A stretch of 64,000 nt of DNA, from the NCBI GenBank assembly GCA_963804205.1, contig CAWDPJ010000017.1, forward strand, positions 18,089 to 82,088. The letters are read 5' to 3'. A program made the position numbers and the translations under genes. Position 1 is the stretch's first letter; each line of letters opens with the position of its first letter. Positions 21,239 through 32,299 of this stretch are shown piece by piece. This stretch comes from an uncultured beta proteobacterium. Its GTDB lineage: Bacteria > Pseudomonadota > Gammaproteobacteria > Burkholderiales > Casimicrobiaceae. Below the pieces are notes generated by a model. That model was given only the letters and a program-made list of their open reading frames with translations. It searched no databases and was not told the origin of the DNA.

Positions 21239-23381
21239 TCAGTTGACAGCGCAGTTGATCAGCGGCGGCTGGGGACCAAAGCCGAGGATCAGTTCCTCGA
21301 GTTCCGAGATCTTGACGAGGGTTCCGTCGGAGAGTTTCGCCACATTGAAGTCGGCGGTTTTCAAGCGCCCGGGCTTGGATCGGGCGATCCGCTGCTCCTG
21401 CATGGTGAAGACCACGAGATTGGAGTCGCCTGGATCGAGTGTCCGGGTGATCCGTTTGATGCTCGCTGCTTCGAACTTTATCGGCCGCGTCGTAACGTCG
21501 CCGAAGAACTCGCCTAGTTGCACGGCGCCAGGGCTGCTGCACCATCCCGCCACCGTCACCTTTTCGAGCGATGCACCGCGTCGCTTTAGCCACGCCTTGG
21601 TTGGATCGACGAGCGCCAGTACCGGATCCAGCGTGCCCGGACTGGACCTTCTCGTAATCGGATTGCTGGAAGGCCGGTCGAGCGGTGAGCATCAAACGCG
21701 ACTTGACTCGCTCTGCCGTTTGTGTGGCATAGGCGGCCGGGTAACAGCTCTTCATCGCGGCCGCGATGCCGGCGACGAAGGCGGTCGCCTGCGAAGTTCC
21801 GTCGGCAAACGAAAACGACGTTTCATTGGCCAAGCCCAGAATCGCGCGTCCAGGCGCGGCGAGCGAAACGATGCTTCCCGAATACAGCGCCTGGCTCATC
21901 AGCGTTGCGCCGAAGGGCGTGCATTTGTCGCACGCGGTGACCACGACCACGTTGGGCTGATCACCCAGGTTCATCGGTGCAAACTTCGATTCGGGCGAGA
22001 TCTCGAACCCCGGCCTGCTGCTGTCCTCCTCCTGGCCCGCCGCAACGATCCACAAGGCCTTCGTCTCCTCGATCCGTTTCGACGCCAGGTGCGTCGAAAA
22101 ACGGAGCGCCCGATCTCTCAGCCTGCCGTCGCTGTTCAGGTGATCGGGGCGATACGGATCGAACCGACTCGCATAGACGAAAACGTTCGGCGTAATACCT
22201 TCGGTAACGTCCTCGAGCTCCTGGATCCGCTCCGCAAGCTCGGCGTCATTCAGCTGCGCCCGAACCAACGGCGTGAACTGAGCGCCGGCGATCAAGCCGC
22301 CAAAGCCCTGGGGTCCGTGCTCGCTCAGCATGATGCCGGCGAGATGGGTGCCGTGGAACTCCTCCTGGAATTTGATCGGTTCGCATTTGCCACCCGCTGC
22401 AGCAGGTTCGCGCGCCGCGGCTGCGTCGGCACTCAATACGCGTCGCAGCTTCGGGTGCCGCAGAACCGGCGTGTCGACGAGGACGATTTTCGCGCAGTTG
22501 CCATCCTTGCATACGGCGGCGCGCGCTGCGCAGGCCTGAAAGTCCTGCGGCAGTCGGTCCGGAGCCCAACCGCTGCCGTTCACGAGCATGTCCATGTAGG
22601 AGACTGGCTGCCCGCTCGCGCACGCCGCGAGCTGCTCCTCCGCATTCATCGAAAACTGAAGACGCTGGAGCCCGCGTTTCTGGGGATCGATGAAGATGTT
22701 GGTGGACTTTTCGTACGTCCTGCTGTCCTGCAGGATTTTCGTTTGCGCGGCCTGGTCTGCCTGCCGAAGCGGTATTTCGACTTCGTACCCGTCGAAATTG
22801 ATCCGCACTTCCGTTTCATTGCGCCATAGAGGCTTGCTCGCGTTCCATCGCTTGACGTCGACCTCGAATCGCTCCGAGTCCTTCTTCTGGGAGACGTCAT
22901 ATCGCCGCCAGTAGGGACTCTCGCAAACCCTGAATGCCGCCGGCACGCGCACACGCTGGCTGGTCGAGAGCGTCGAGACCTTCGAACGCGACGGGTTCAG
23001 GATTTCGAACAGCTGAACAGCCTTTGGCTCCGGACACTTGACCTTGCTCGGAAGATTGGTCTGCTTGTGAATCGCGGTACAAATCGAATCGCCCGTCACG
23101 GGCTCATACGGCTGCGTGGCCAACGTGCGAGAACGTGCGAGGTCGATCAAGTGGTCATAGAGATTGTCTGCGACCTCCCCACCCTCCAGTACGAGCTTCG
23201 TGCTGTGTTCGGACGGGTTGCCGACGCACGTTTTCTCCTTCTTCGCGGGCAGGGGCACGAAGTTGCTCTGAGCAGATGCAGGCTCGCAGGGAAGCGCCAG
23301 TGCAAGCCCGGCGAGCATGGCTACGAGCATCGTCGAAGGCTGCATGCGTTCGACGAAAGCGGCGTCGACAAGTGTCTTCAT
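21239..23381 (-). CDS. Secreted S8 subtilisin-like peptidase with N-terminal LysM-like segment (frameshift near 21635)
   Basis: IVLVDT, FHGTHLAG, VAAGQ, LAAPG, DGTSQATAFVAG. Removing one G in TCCGGGCACG restores SGTLDPVLAL... into ORF 21239..21559. Confidence 0.85.
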
Positions 23382-24046
23382 TTCCCCTCCCCGTCGCGGC
23401 GCCGACGACAATTCGGTCGAGACACCGCGACTTACTTTGATCGAGTCCATTCAAGACTCCAATCGCGCGTTGCCACTACCGTTCGATGTCCCGCAGGGAC
23501 GAGGTCAGCACCTTGCGCGGCGCATCAAGACGGCAGCGTCATTCCATAAGCGCAAAGCACCAGAGGGACGCGAATCACCCGCAAGGCTTTCGCTGGCGAT
23601 TCGTACACCACAACTTGACGCCGAATGTCCGCAAATGTCAAGGCCCATCCAGCCGACGTTGGGCACTCGTTCAACGAGTTGTCGAGCGAACGGGGAGTCC
23701 GCGAACGCGCTTTCGCACGCCCTTTTCTAGCGCTGCTTGACGAGCCAATCCCGCTTCTTGTCTACTACTAAACACCCGAGCCATTCGCATGGCGGTCGTC
23801 TCGAGCCAAGTCCCCGACAACAGCCCATGACGATTCATACGGGGAGGTTCGTCTAATCGCACTCCAGTTGCTCCGACGCGCGACCGCGACTCAGGCGTCA
23901 ATCCGCATTTCGCAAGCCGTCGGGGGCCAAGCTCGTCCGCGTGCATTCCAGTCTGCTGTCGCGCTACCGCCTCCTGAGTCGCGCTCGTTCGCGGCTCTCG
24001 GTCGCGGACGGACGCGGCGCGCTGCCGGTACCGCTTCGCAGATTCG

Positions 24047-26893
24047 TTGCAAACGCGAACTCTCGTCGACTTCTTCGGAGCATTCGTGAACATGCGCACC
24101 CAGTATCGACTGCCTCCTGCTTTCCCGGTCGTGATACGTCGGGCCTTGATCCTGTTGTGCACGTTCACGGCATGTCACGCGTGGGCCTTCGAGAGCGCTC
24201 CTACCGATGCCAACGTGGCAGAGCGTCACGGCATTTCGATCACTGACGTATCGCGGCTGCAGCAATATCGGAAGCTGACCAACGCCGCCCTGATGGAAAT
24301 GGGCTCGGCGGCGGTACGCCGCGTGCTTTGGAAGCTCGATAATCCGCGACCGGATCAACCTCTGGGTGCGGCGGAGTTTCGACAGCTTCAGCAATCGGGA
24401 TCGGCGAGCGGACGGATTCCCGAGCAAGCCATTTCGAACGCGCTGTCTCAGGTGGAGAGCCTGAGGGAAGACGTTGCGCGTGTTCTCAAGCCGGTACCGC
24501 CGAGCGTGGCCGCGCCGGGTCCGACACCCGAGGTGAGTGCTCCCCCGAGTCCGGCCGCGTATTTCGTCGGCGGCATTCCGGTCGGACCGCTGCCGTCGCA
24601 GCGCCTGAGAACTGCACCGACCCCGGAAGCCGGTGGCCCCCCCGATCCCGGTCGCGGCATTCTGCGGCTGGATATCGAGCCGCTTCCTGCGCTTCGTCCG
24701 CAAGCCCTGCCATCACCAGGCGTGCCGGAAGTCGGTGGACTTCGTCGCACTGGGTGGAAGTGGCTTGGTCCCGGCAACATCGGAGGCCGTACGCGGGCAA
24801 TCGCCATCCATCCGACCAATCCCCGCATCATGTGGGTCGCCGCCGTGGCCGGAGGAATCTGGAAGACGACCGACGGTGGGCTCAGTTGGGGACCTCTCGC
24901 CGACTTCATGGCGAGTCTCAACGTCTCGAGTCTGATCCTGGATCCGCGCAACCCTGAGGTGCTGTATGCGGGGACCGGCGAGGGCTTCTATAACCTGGAT
25001 GCATTTCGCGGAGCTGGAATCTTTCGCAGCATCAACGGCGGCGCCACCTGGGAACAGCTTCCGGAGACGAAAACAGCGTCCTTCATATTCGTCAATCGCC
25101 TCGCGATTTCATCCGATGGCTCTGCGCTGCTGGCGGCGACCCGTGAGGGGATGTTTCGCAGCACGAACTTCCGCACGCCCAACATCGCCACGGTTTCATT
25201 CGCGCCCGTCAGTGAACTGCGCGGCCGTGACATTCTCTACGTCGGATGTTCGCAAGCGCCAAGCTCGCGTCGATGCGTCGCAGGTGGACGCGGTCGCACG
25301 GCCTATTTCTCCGCTGATCATGGGTCCAGTTGGTCGATGGCGACGGGACTGCCGCGGGGCAATCCTGCAGAACGCTTTCGAGGTCGCGTGGAGCTCGCGA
25401 TAGCCTCCGCCGATCCCGAGGTCGTCTACGCTTCGATTGACGATCAGGATGGCGAGGTCTATCGATCGACGGATGCCGGCCAGACCTACACGTTGCGGAA
25501 CAGTGGAACCCAGTATTTGTCGGGGCAAGGCTGGTACAACAACGCGATATGGGCGGGGGATCCCAAGAACCCCGACGTGGTCGTCGTGGGCGGTCTCGAT
25601 CTTTATCGCAGCATGGACGCCGGATCGACGCTGACGCAAATCAGCGAGTGGTGGCGGGCACCTCGTTCCGCGCACGCAGACCAGCATGCGATCGTCGTCG
25701 ACCCCCGGTACGACGGTGTCGCCAATCGGACCGTGTATTTCGCAAACGATGGCGGCATCTATCGCAATGACGACGTGTTGACGGCCGCTCCTTCGGTTGG
25801 CTGGGTCTCGCTCAACAACAACTTCGGCGTCACGCAGTTCTACGGTGCTGCCGGGAATCCTTTCAGCGGGCGCCTTGTCGGTGGAACCCAGGACAACGGA
25901 ACGCTTCTGTATCGCGCCCCGCCCGGTCCGAGCACCGGGCCGAACGCCTATACCGCCATGTTCGGAGGGGATGGAGGATTCGCCGCCGCCGATCCGACGA
26001 ATCCGAACTTCATGTATGGCGAGTATGTCCATCTGCAGATCCATCGAAGCGTCAACGGCGGAGAGAGCGCGAACTACATCTACGCCGGCATAGGCGACGC
26101 CAACAACAGTGCTGGCGCGCTGTTCATTGCACCGTTCATCCTGGATCCTGCAAATCCGAATTGGATGCTTGCAGGAGGACGCAGCCTGTGGCGTAGCGAG
26201 AACGTGAAAGCGGCCACGCCGAACTGGCGAGAGATCAAGGCAGCGGCCGAGGGGGAACCGAAGATCAGCGCGATCGAAGCGAGAGGTGGCACCGGGGCAA
26301 CCACGGGGTCCGACCGGGTTTGGGTTGGACACACCGATGGTGAAGTCTTTCGTTCGACGAACGGTGTGGCACGCCAGCCGACCTGGACGCGAGTCGACGA
26401 AAATGGACCTCGCAGGCTGCCGAAACGGTTCGTCACCCGGATCCGTCTTGACCCGCGCGACCTGAACCGCGTCTATGTGACCTTTGCCGGTTTCGAAGTT
26501 GAGAATCTCTGGCGCAGCACGGACAATGGCGATACCTGGGCGAGCCTGGGTCAGCTTCCTCCGGCGTCGGTGTACGACGTCACCGTTCACCCGGCCAATT
26601 CGAGCCTGCTCTACGCCGCGACCGAAGTGGGACTGTTCGCGAGCGACAACGGCGGGACGAACTGGTGGCCGAGCAACGAAGGCCCGGCCAATGTCGCGGT
26701 GCAGGAGCTGTTCTGGATGAGTGAAGTTCTCGTGGCGGCCACGCATGGTCGCGGCGTGTTCTGGATCGACCTGACGGGCGCCGCCAAGCCCGCGCCGATA
26801 ACACCGGAAGCCGGTACGCCTGCGAAGCCCATGCCAACCGCGCCGATAGGTCCATCGACGATCGTACCGACAGATCCGGCGAATTCCCGCTAG
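24047..26893 (+). CDS. Large secreted Asp-box (BNR) beta-propeller protein, Vps10/GH74-like
   Basis: Signal ...ACHAWA; WKWLGPGNIGGRTR; repeated S/TxDGGxxW boxes (TTDGGLSW, SINGGATW, SADHGSSW, STDAGQTY, STDNGDTW, SDNGGTNW); HADQH; GGTQDNG; ATHGRG. Confidence 0.88.
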   Translation: MQTRTLVDFFGAFVNMRTQYRLPPAFPVVIRRALILLCTFTACHAWAFESAPTDANVAERHGISITDVSRLQQYRKLTNAALMEMGSAAVRRVLWKLDNPRPDQPLGAAEFRQLQQSGSASGRIPEQAISNALSQVESLREDVARVLKPVPPSVAAPGPTPEVSAPPSPAAYFVGGIPVGPLPSQRLRTAPTPEAGGPPDPGRGILRLDIEPLPALRPQALPSPGVPEVGGLRRTGWKWLGPGNIGGRTRAIAIHPTNPRIMWVAAVAGGIWKTTDGGLSWGPLADFMASLNVSSLILDPRNPEVLYAGTGEGFYNLDAFRGAGIFRSINGGATWEQLPETKTASFIFVNRLAISSDGSALLAATREGMFRSTNFRTPNIATVSFAPVSELRGRDILYVGCSQAPSSRRCVAGGRGRTAYFSADHGSSWSMATGLPRGNPAERFRGRVELAIASADPEVVYASIDDQDGEVYRSTDAGQTYTLRNSGTQYLSGQGWYNNAIWAGDPKNPDVVVVGGLDLYRSMDAGSTLTQISEWWRAPRSAHADQHAIVVDPRYDGVANRTVYFANDGGIYRNDDVLTAAPSVGWVSLNNNFGVTQFYGAAGNPFSGRLVGGTQDNGTLLYRAPPGPSTGPNAYTAMFGGDGGFAAADPTNPNFMYGEYVHLQIHRSVNGGESANYIYAGIGDANNSAGALFIAPFILDPANPNWMLAGGRSLWRSENVKAATPNWREIKAAAEGEPKISAIEARGGTGATTGSDRVWVGHTDGEVFRSTNGVARQPTWTRVDENGPRRLPKRFVTRIRLDPRDLNRVYVTFAGFEVENLWRSTDNGDTWASLGQLPPASVYDVTVHPANSSLLYAATEVGLFASDNGGTNWWPSNEGPANVAVQELFWMSEVLVAATHGRGVFWIDLTGAAKPAPITPEAGTPAKPMPTAPIGPSTIVPTDPANSR

Positions 26894-26990
26894 CAGTCTG
26901 TTGAAAAGTGAATGTCATTCCGAGGAACGAATCTGCTTTTCGCAACCGCTTGATCTTACTGAAGAGCAGATCTCGCGAGCTCGGGATGAC
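26891..26990. repeat. Degenerate MITE/REP element
   Basis: TAGCAGTCTGTTGAAAA end, GTCATTCCGAG...CTCGGGATGAC inverted repeat and inner ATCTGCT/AGCAGAT arms. Confidence 0.5.
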
Positions 26991-27034
26991 ACCGTTGCGA
27001 ACGCTCGGCGAATTCCAACGCTAGGGCGCAAACG

Positions 27035-27937
27035 ATGCAAGTTGCCGGTGTAACGACGATGCTGGCGATCACCGTCGCTGCCTATGGCGTCAATGCTTCC
27101 GCGTCGACAAGTCTCCCGGCGGCTCGCGGGATGACATTGGCCGGCGTTGCCGTAGGTTTGCTGATCGACAGCGGGCCACCGGCCGGAGTCGCGCGCGCCC
27201 AAACCGGCCGGACGAATACGCCGGCGACGTTCAGCCACGATGGCGCGGAACGGTTGCTGTATCTGCTCGCTGGGCCGGGCGAAGCCTCAGCAGAGAAACG
27301 CCGTTTCTACGTGGCGGACGAGCCGGCGCCGAAGACGTTTCCAGGTGTCGTGCCGGCGACGAGCCAAGTGTTGATCGCCAGCGGCATTCGGGAAAAGATG
27401 GCGCTCGTCGAAGTCGAAGTCAATGGCGGCGCAGGAAGTGCCGCTTTGCCGCTTGGCGAGGCCTTCGTCGCCACCGTGATTCGTCGGGTCGACCGATCGA
27501 ACGAATATCCAATCGATCCTGAGCGTGTGGCAAGGTCAGTGGTCGAGCATTGTCAACGCGAAGAGAGCAGGCTATTCGAAGCACTCAATGCGCGTCTCGC
27601 AGCGTCGCGACACGGTTTGTCCGCAGGGTCGCCAACCACTCAGCAGCGAAACCTGTCTACGACGTTCACTTGGCTCGAGCGAGTCGGCCGCCTCCGGGGC
27701 GAATGCGTTTTCTCGCTGGTCGAGCAGGAAGAGCGATTCGGACGCGGCACTGTCCCGGGACCTGCAGAACGACAGCAGTCGGATCAGGGCATCCGGTACG
27801 GACGGCAAATATCGATCGTCAGCAAGCTGGTCTTCGAAGCGGACAAGGTAGGCCGGCTTGGAAAACCCGAAGAGACCGCCCCCGTTTCCACGATCACTGA
27901 TCGCCCCCCTCCGGGGAGGGACGAAGCACGGAGTTGA
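27035..27937 (+). CDS. Hypothetical exported protein
   Basis: 300-aa ORF with hydrophobic N-terminus, co-directional between the propeller and DUF1353 genes; start uncertain. Confidence 0.55.
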   Translation: MQVAGVTTMLAITVAAYGVNASASTSLPAARGMTLAGVAVGLLIDSGPPAGVARAQTGRTNTPATFSHDGAERLLYLLAGPGEASAEKRRFYVADEPAPKTFPGVVPATSQVLIASGIREKMALVEVEVNGGAGSAALPLGEAFVATVIRRVDRSNEYPIDPERVARSVVEHCQREESRLFEALNARLAASRHGLSAGSPTTQQRNLSTTFTWLERVGRLRGECVFSLVEQEERFGRGTVPGPAERQQSDQGIRYGRQISIVSKLVFEADKVGRLGKPEETAPVSTITDRPPPGRDEARS

Positions 27938-28022
27938 CTCCCGCCGTCATCAACGACAAGCGAAGCCACTATGAAAATCACAGCGAATTCGAACGCCAAT
28001 CAGGACGGAGTGCGCGGCATGC

Positions 28023-28694
28023 TTGCGCTGGGCAACGCTATCGGCGCGAAACTGCTGGCCAACCGGATCGTCGCCTCACTCCTCTCATTCAACAGACGAT
28101 CCTCTGCGTTTCAACACCGTACTCGCACTCGTGACCGTAGCGCTGCTCTCCTCTTGCTCCGGGATTCGGTATCAGGACGTTCCCAAGGGGGAGCTCAAGG
28201 GTCGCTTGTTTGTCGAGTGGATCGACGAGGACCGTTTCGTGTTCCGGCCCGACCCCAAGAATCCCCTTACCTTTACGCGTGGCAACAAGGACAAGATCGT
28301 TCCCGGACTCATGGTTACCGACGGGGGTTCGATCCCCAGGCCGTTCCGCGGACTGAAAAACTACTCACCGTGGGGCTATGCGCCAGGGTACATCGTGCAC
28401 GACTGGCTGTTCCACATGCACGTGTGCAAGCTGCCCGATCATGATCGGTATGGTTTCGAAGACACGGCGACCATTCTCGCGGAAATCATCAAGACCTTGA
28501 TGGAGCATCCGGACCCCAAGAAAAGGATGGAGCGCGACGAAGGGACACTGTTCGCCATCTACGCGGCAGTAAGCTCGCCCATTGCTCGAGACGTGTGGAA
28601 TGGAAGTACCTGCCAGATGCCGCCGGAACGCGCGGCTACGGAAGCAGCGGCGGCAGAACCCAGCGTAAAAATTCGGCAGACGATCGAGTTCTGA
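28023..28694 (+). CDS. DUF1353-domain lipoprotein
   Basis: Lipobox LLSSC; VPGLMVTDGGSIPR and GYIVHDWLF signature. True start probably near 28100. Confidence 0.8.
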   Translation: MRWATLSARNCWPTGSSPHSSHSTDDPLRFNTVLALVTVALLSSCSGIRYQDVPKGELKGRLFVEWIDEDRFVFRPDPKNPLTFTRGNKDKIVPGLMVTDGGSIPRPFRGLKNYSPWGYAPGYIVHDWLFHMHVCKLPDHDRYGFEDTATILAEIIKTLMEHPDPKKRMERDEGTLFAIYAAVSSPIARDVWNGSTCQMPPERAATEAAAAEPSVKIRQTIEF

Positions 28695-28835
28695 CCCGTG
28701 GTTCTGGTGGGCAACCGGGGACGTTACAGGTGCAGGGCGCGGTGTCTTGGCGAGGATCCCTACTCCGAAGGTTCACTTGACGGAGCCGAACCAAGGAGCG
28801 TAACGTTTGGAGTGAATCAAGACGGGAGGTACGTC

Positions 28836-29096
28836 ATGAAGCGCAAACCCATCATCGCCGCACTGGCCGTCGCGGCGCTCGCGTTCGCCGGTAGCGCCTT
28901 CGCGTGTGAGGACAGGGAGTCATCCGCCGCCGTCAAGGAGCCCGCGGTCCTCGCGCCGACTACCCTCGCCGCCACCAAGAAGCCGACCGCGGTGGCGAGC
29001 GATAAGAGCAGCAGGGACGCCCCACCGGTGACCGCCGCCACGAAGAAGCCGGTCGCCGCGAAGAAGCCGATCGTAGTTGCGGGTGGTCAGCAGTAG
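28836..29096 (+). CDS. Small exported Ala/Lys/Pro-rich protein
   Basis: RBS GGAGGT; MKRKPIIAALAVAALAFAGSAFAC; AATKKP repeated; followed by a terminator. Confidence 0.75.
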   Translation: MKRKPIIAALAVAALAFAGSAFACEDRESSAAVKEPAVLAPTTLAATKKPTAVASDKSSRDAPPVTAATKKPVAAKKPIVVAGGQQ

Positions 29097-29116
29097 GTAC
29101 CCACGACGTACCCGCG

Positions 29117-29143
29117 AAAAGCCCGCCTCGCGCGGGCTTTTTT
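29117..29143. terminator. Bidirectional Rho-independent terminator
   Basis: AAAAGCCCGC-CTCGC-GCGGGCTTTTTT between convergent genes. Confidence 0.85.
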
Positions 29144-29188
29144 GCGCCCGTTCGCACGGAGCCACGAAGTCCGGTGCGGAGAACCCTG

Positions 29189-30559
29189 TCAGACGTATCC
29201 GAACAGGGGCGGAAAGACGATCACGACGATCGCCGCCCACACAGCATAGACGGGAATGTAATCCGTCTGCCACCGTTCGAGGTCCGTGAACGTTCCACGC
29301 CCTCTCAGAAAGCGGAGGTAGAGCACGGCCGACCACGCCAGATTGACCAGGAGAATCACGTTCTCGCCCAGGGCGGCCACGCGGTTCGGTGTGAAGCCGA
29401 ATTCGTTGATGCGCGCGGTGATGGCCCACAGCGCTACCGCGTCGGCCAATAGCGCACTGACCACCAGCACGACCTGCACGACATCGAACGCGCTGGGAGG
29501 CGACCGCGGGTCCCGGGCCGAGACGGAATAGAGCAGAAGGCCAAGGACCATCACCAGGAGCAGGTCGAAGGCGATGAGCACGTTTCGCTCGATGTCGACT
29601 CCGCGTCCGGTCCACAGCACCGTCCCCAGAAACGTGACCAGCACGGCGGCGAAAAGGGGGGTGAAGAGGCTCGTCAACACGGGCGCCATGTTCTCGATCA
29701 CGCTTTGCTTGGCCTCCACCAACCACGACGCGATCACGACGGCCCCGACCGCTCCGCACGGCAGCAGCCACGACTCGAAGAAGGGCTCGACGTCGATACC
29801 GATGGCCTGGAAGATCATCGCCATGAACGCCGTGAGGACGCCGCCGCCGAGGGCGATCAGGATGTAGTAGATGAACAGCTCGCCCGAGAATCGAATGAAG
29901 TCCATGCGGCCCCCGACCTGGCTCCAGCGGCCGCCGGCGTACGCGATACCCACCACCAGCCAGAGCGCGATCGGCAGGTGCAGCGCCATGAGCCTCTCGG
30001 TGGACCCGCCCGGCGCGAAGGGATAGACGTTGGCGAGTACACCCGCCGCGACGAACGCGACGGCCAGCCAATGGAGAGTGCTGGTCTTGAGCCGCCGTTT
30101 CCAGACGAAATAGCCGGTCAGAAGGGGCAGCACGAAGAGACCCAGATTGCGCACGTAGAAGCCGGCGTCCTGGTCCAATTGCATCCCGAAGAGCGCCGGC
30201 ACCTTGATGACCACGGCCGCCGCGACCGCAAGACAGAAGGCGACGATGGCATCCGTTCGGGCCAGCGGCCGTGGGTCGCCGGATCCCGAGGGGACAACGA
30301 CCAGCTGCTTCCAGAGTCGGTCCGAGTGCTCGCGCGCGAACTCCCGAGAGAGGGCGTCGAGGTTGCCCATGCGCTTCACCGCGACCAGGAACGCTTCATC
30401 CGTGGCGAGCCCCGCGTCGACCAACACCGCAATCTGCTCGCGCAGATGGTCTTCCAGCTCCGCGACATCCACGGAGTGAATCGCTTGCCGGCGGCGGAGA
30501 AAGCTCCGCCATTGGTCGACCTGCTCCTCTAGCGATACCGCGCGACCTGTCGCCGGCAT
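29189..30559 (-). CDS. Permease-prefix-domain multi-pass membrane protein
   Basis: ELEDHLREQ...EAFLVAVKRMG N-terminal domain, many TM segments, GFTPNRVAALG; typical PadR partner. Confidence 0.85.
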   Translation of the reverse strand: MPATGRAVSLEEQVDQWRSFLRRRQAIHSVDVAELEDHLREQIAVLVDAGLATDEAFLVAVKRMGNLDALSREFAREHSDRLWKQLVVVPSGSGDPRPLARTDAIVAFCLAVAAAVVIKVPALFGMQLDQDAGFYVRNLGLFVLPLLTGYFVWKRRLKTSTLHWLAVAFVAAGVLANVYPFAPGGSTERLMALHLPIALWLVVGIAYAGGRWSQVGGRMDFIRFSGELFIYYILIALGGGVLTAFMAMIFQAIGIDVEPFFESWLLPCGAVGAVVIASWLVEAKQSVIENMAPVLTSLFTPLFAAVLVTFLGTVLWTGRGVDIERNVLIAFDLLLVMVLGLLLYSVSARDPRSPPSAFDVVQVVLVVSALLADAVALWAITARINEFGFTPNRVAALGENVILLVNLAWSAVLYLRFLRGRGTFTDLERWQTDYIPVYAVWAAIVVIVFPPLFGYV

Positions 30560-30562
30560 CGC

Positions 30563-30943
30563 TCAGGCTCCCTGTGGCAGCTGCGCCGCTAAGTGGCTGG
30601 CGTGGACGGGAAAGGAGAGCGCCTGCCAGATGCCCCGCAGCGTGGCGTCCACCGCCTGCCACTGCCTGCGTTCCTCCGCGAGCTGAGCCCGGCCCCTGGA
30701 CGTAATCCGGTAGTACTTGCGACGGCGACCGCTCTCCGCAACTTCCCACCGCGCCTTGACATGGCCGAGCCGCTCGAGTCGATGCAGAACCGGGTAGAGC
30801 ATCCCGTCCGTCCACTCGATGCGACCGCCGGACAACTCGCGAACTCGCTGCAGGATGGCGTAGCCGTAGCTGTCCTGTTCGGCCAGGATCGCCAGGACGA
30901 TCGGGGTCGACGAAGCGGCCATCAGGTCCTTGCTGATCTCCAT
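30563..30943 (-). CDS. PadR-family transcriptional regulator
   Basis: SYGYAI, GMLYPVLHRLE, RRRKYYRIT. Confidence 0.93.
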   Translation of the reverse strand: MEISKDLMAASSTPIVLAILAEQDSYGYAILQRVRELSGGRIEWTDGMLYPVLHRLERLGHVKARWEVAESGRRRKYYRITSRGRAQLAEERRQWQAVDATLRGIWQALSFPVHASHLAAQLPQGA

Positions 30944-31523
30944 GATTTCACCCGTCGCGCGGCGCTGATGAACTCGAATCGGCGTCTACATAGCACCACT
31001 ATACATGGCAGTGAAAGGTATGTGAAGATTCGCGGGATCCATCGGGCGCGTTCGACGTGGGCTACGGTCCGCACACCATCGCGTTCCAACTACCGGAAGG
31101 GTCACTCGGGTGCGCGTGCTCGGCGTTGCTTGATTTACGCCGGCGAGATGCCGCTCACCCGTGGGTGTTGCCGTCGCTGCAATGGGGACTTCAACCTTCA
31201 GCACCAGCGACATCGGGCGCCGGATTCGACGTGCTACCGCCATTCCGCCATGTGGTCGGTGGGCGTCGCGTGATTGAGTTGTTTGTTCGTCATAGCGGCG
31301 AGCGATCCTTGCTGCTTGAAGTGTCGCGTCCGATGCTAGGCCAAGATATCGGACTGACACTTACATTGGATCGGGTGCCTCGGCCAGTACAACACCCTGC
31401 CCTGACGCTGAGGAACGCGCGCCTGCAGCGTAAAGCGGTGCAGGCGGGACGGGGCATCCCACTCTTTGACGGCGTCCCAAATGCGAGCTACCTTTGTCGC
31501 GTTACACACCAAAAGGAGATGTG

Positions 31524-31958
31524 ATGCGCAAGCTCGGAGTTGCCCTGTTCGTCGTGACTACGCTCGCCGCGCCGATGTCCGCGGCCCAGACCGCGGCCCC
31601 GCCCGCCAAGGCGACCGTGAAGGCGATCCAGCCTGGGCTCTTCGAAGTGGCCGGTGGGCGCACGATGGAAGCCGTGGCCGGAGGCGTTCGCAAGATCACC
31701 GCCAAGCCCGGGACCGGCGTGCGCGCGATCACCGTCGAATCGCAGTGGGGCGTGAGCTACTTCGGTTGGCCGAAAGGGGTCAAGCCCGTCGCCTTCACGA
31801 TCGAGGCCAACAAGGACGGCACCACCGCGACGGTCAGCGCGCCGGGCTTCAAGGAAGCGGACAGGGCGGATTACAGGGCAGCGATCGAGGCCGTTGTCCC
31901 GTTCGCGATCTCCCGCACGCAGGATAACCGGACCTATATGACGGGCGCGAAGCAGTAG
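31524..31958 (+). CDS. Hypothetical secreted protein
   Basis: RBS AAGGAG; signal MRKLGVALFVVTTLAAPMSAA; GC-rich third codon positions. Confidence 0.75.
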   Translation: MRKLGVALFVVTTLAAPMSAAQTAAPPAKATVKAIQPGLFEVAGGRTMEAVAGGVRKITAKPGTGVRAITVESQWGVSYFGWPKGVKPVAFTIEANKDGTTATVSAPGFKEADRADYRAAIEAVVPFAISRTQDNRTYMTGAKQ

Positions 31959-32299
31959 TCACGAAGGACACGACGGCGCGCAGGACCCGCGCGCCGGCCG
32001 CCCGAAGCCGAGCGAACGGCTCGGCGCATGTCTTCGCACTGACGGCGACGCGCGTGAGCGCGATTCCTGCTTGGAACCCAGTGTCCCGCCGGAATCGACC
32101 GCCTCGCTGATCAGGGCGCGGCTTCTCCGCGTCAGGCTACCCGAGGGTCATCCGTTGCCGATGCGCGTGGCGTGGCTTGATCCGCGCAAGCGCGCGGCCC
32201 TTCTCAATCGTCCGGGAATGGAGCAGCCTTCATCCACTCTAGAAGCGAAGAGGCATCCTTCGCAGCGTGCCGATGCTCCCAAGTGTTTGACGTATCGTG

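Noticed and set aside
20079-23450. Apparent 1123-aa S8-trypsin fusion protein
   Set aside because: Artefact of a +1 indel near 21635. The true S8 C-terminus is in another frame ending at 21239, the bridging translation is Arg-rich nonsense, and the trypsin gene has its own signal peptide.
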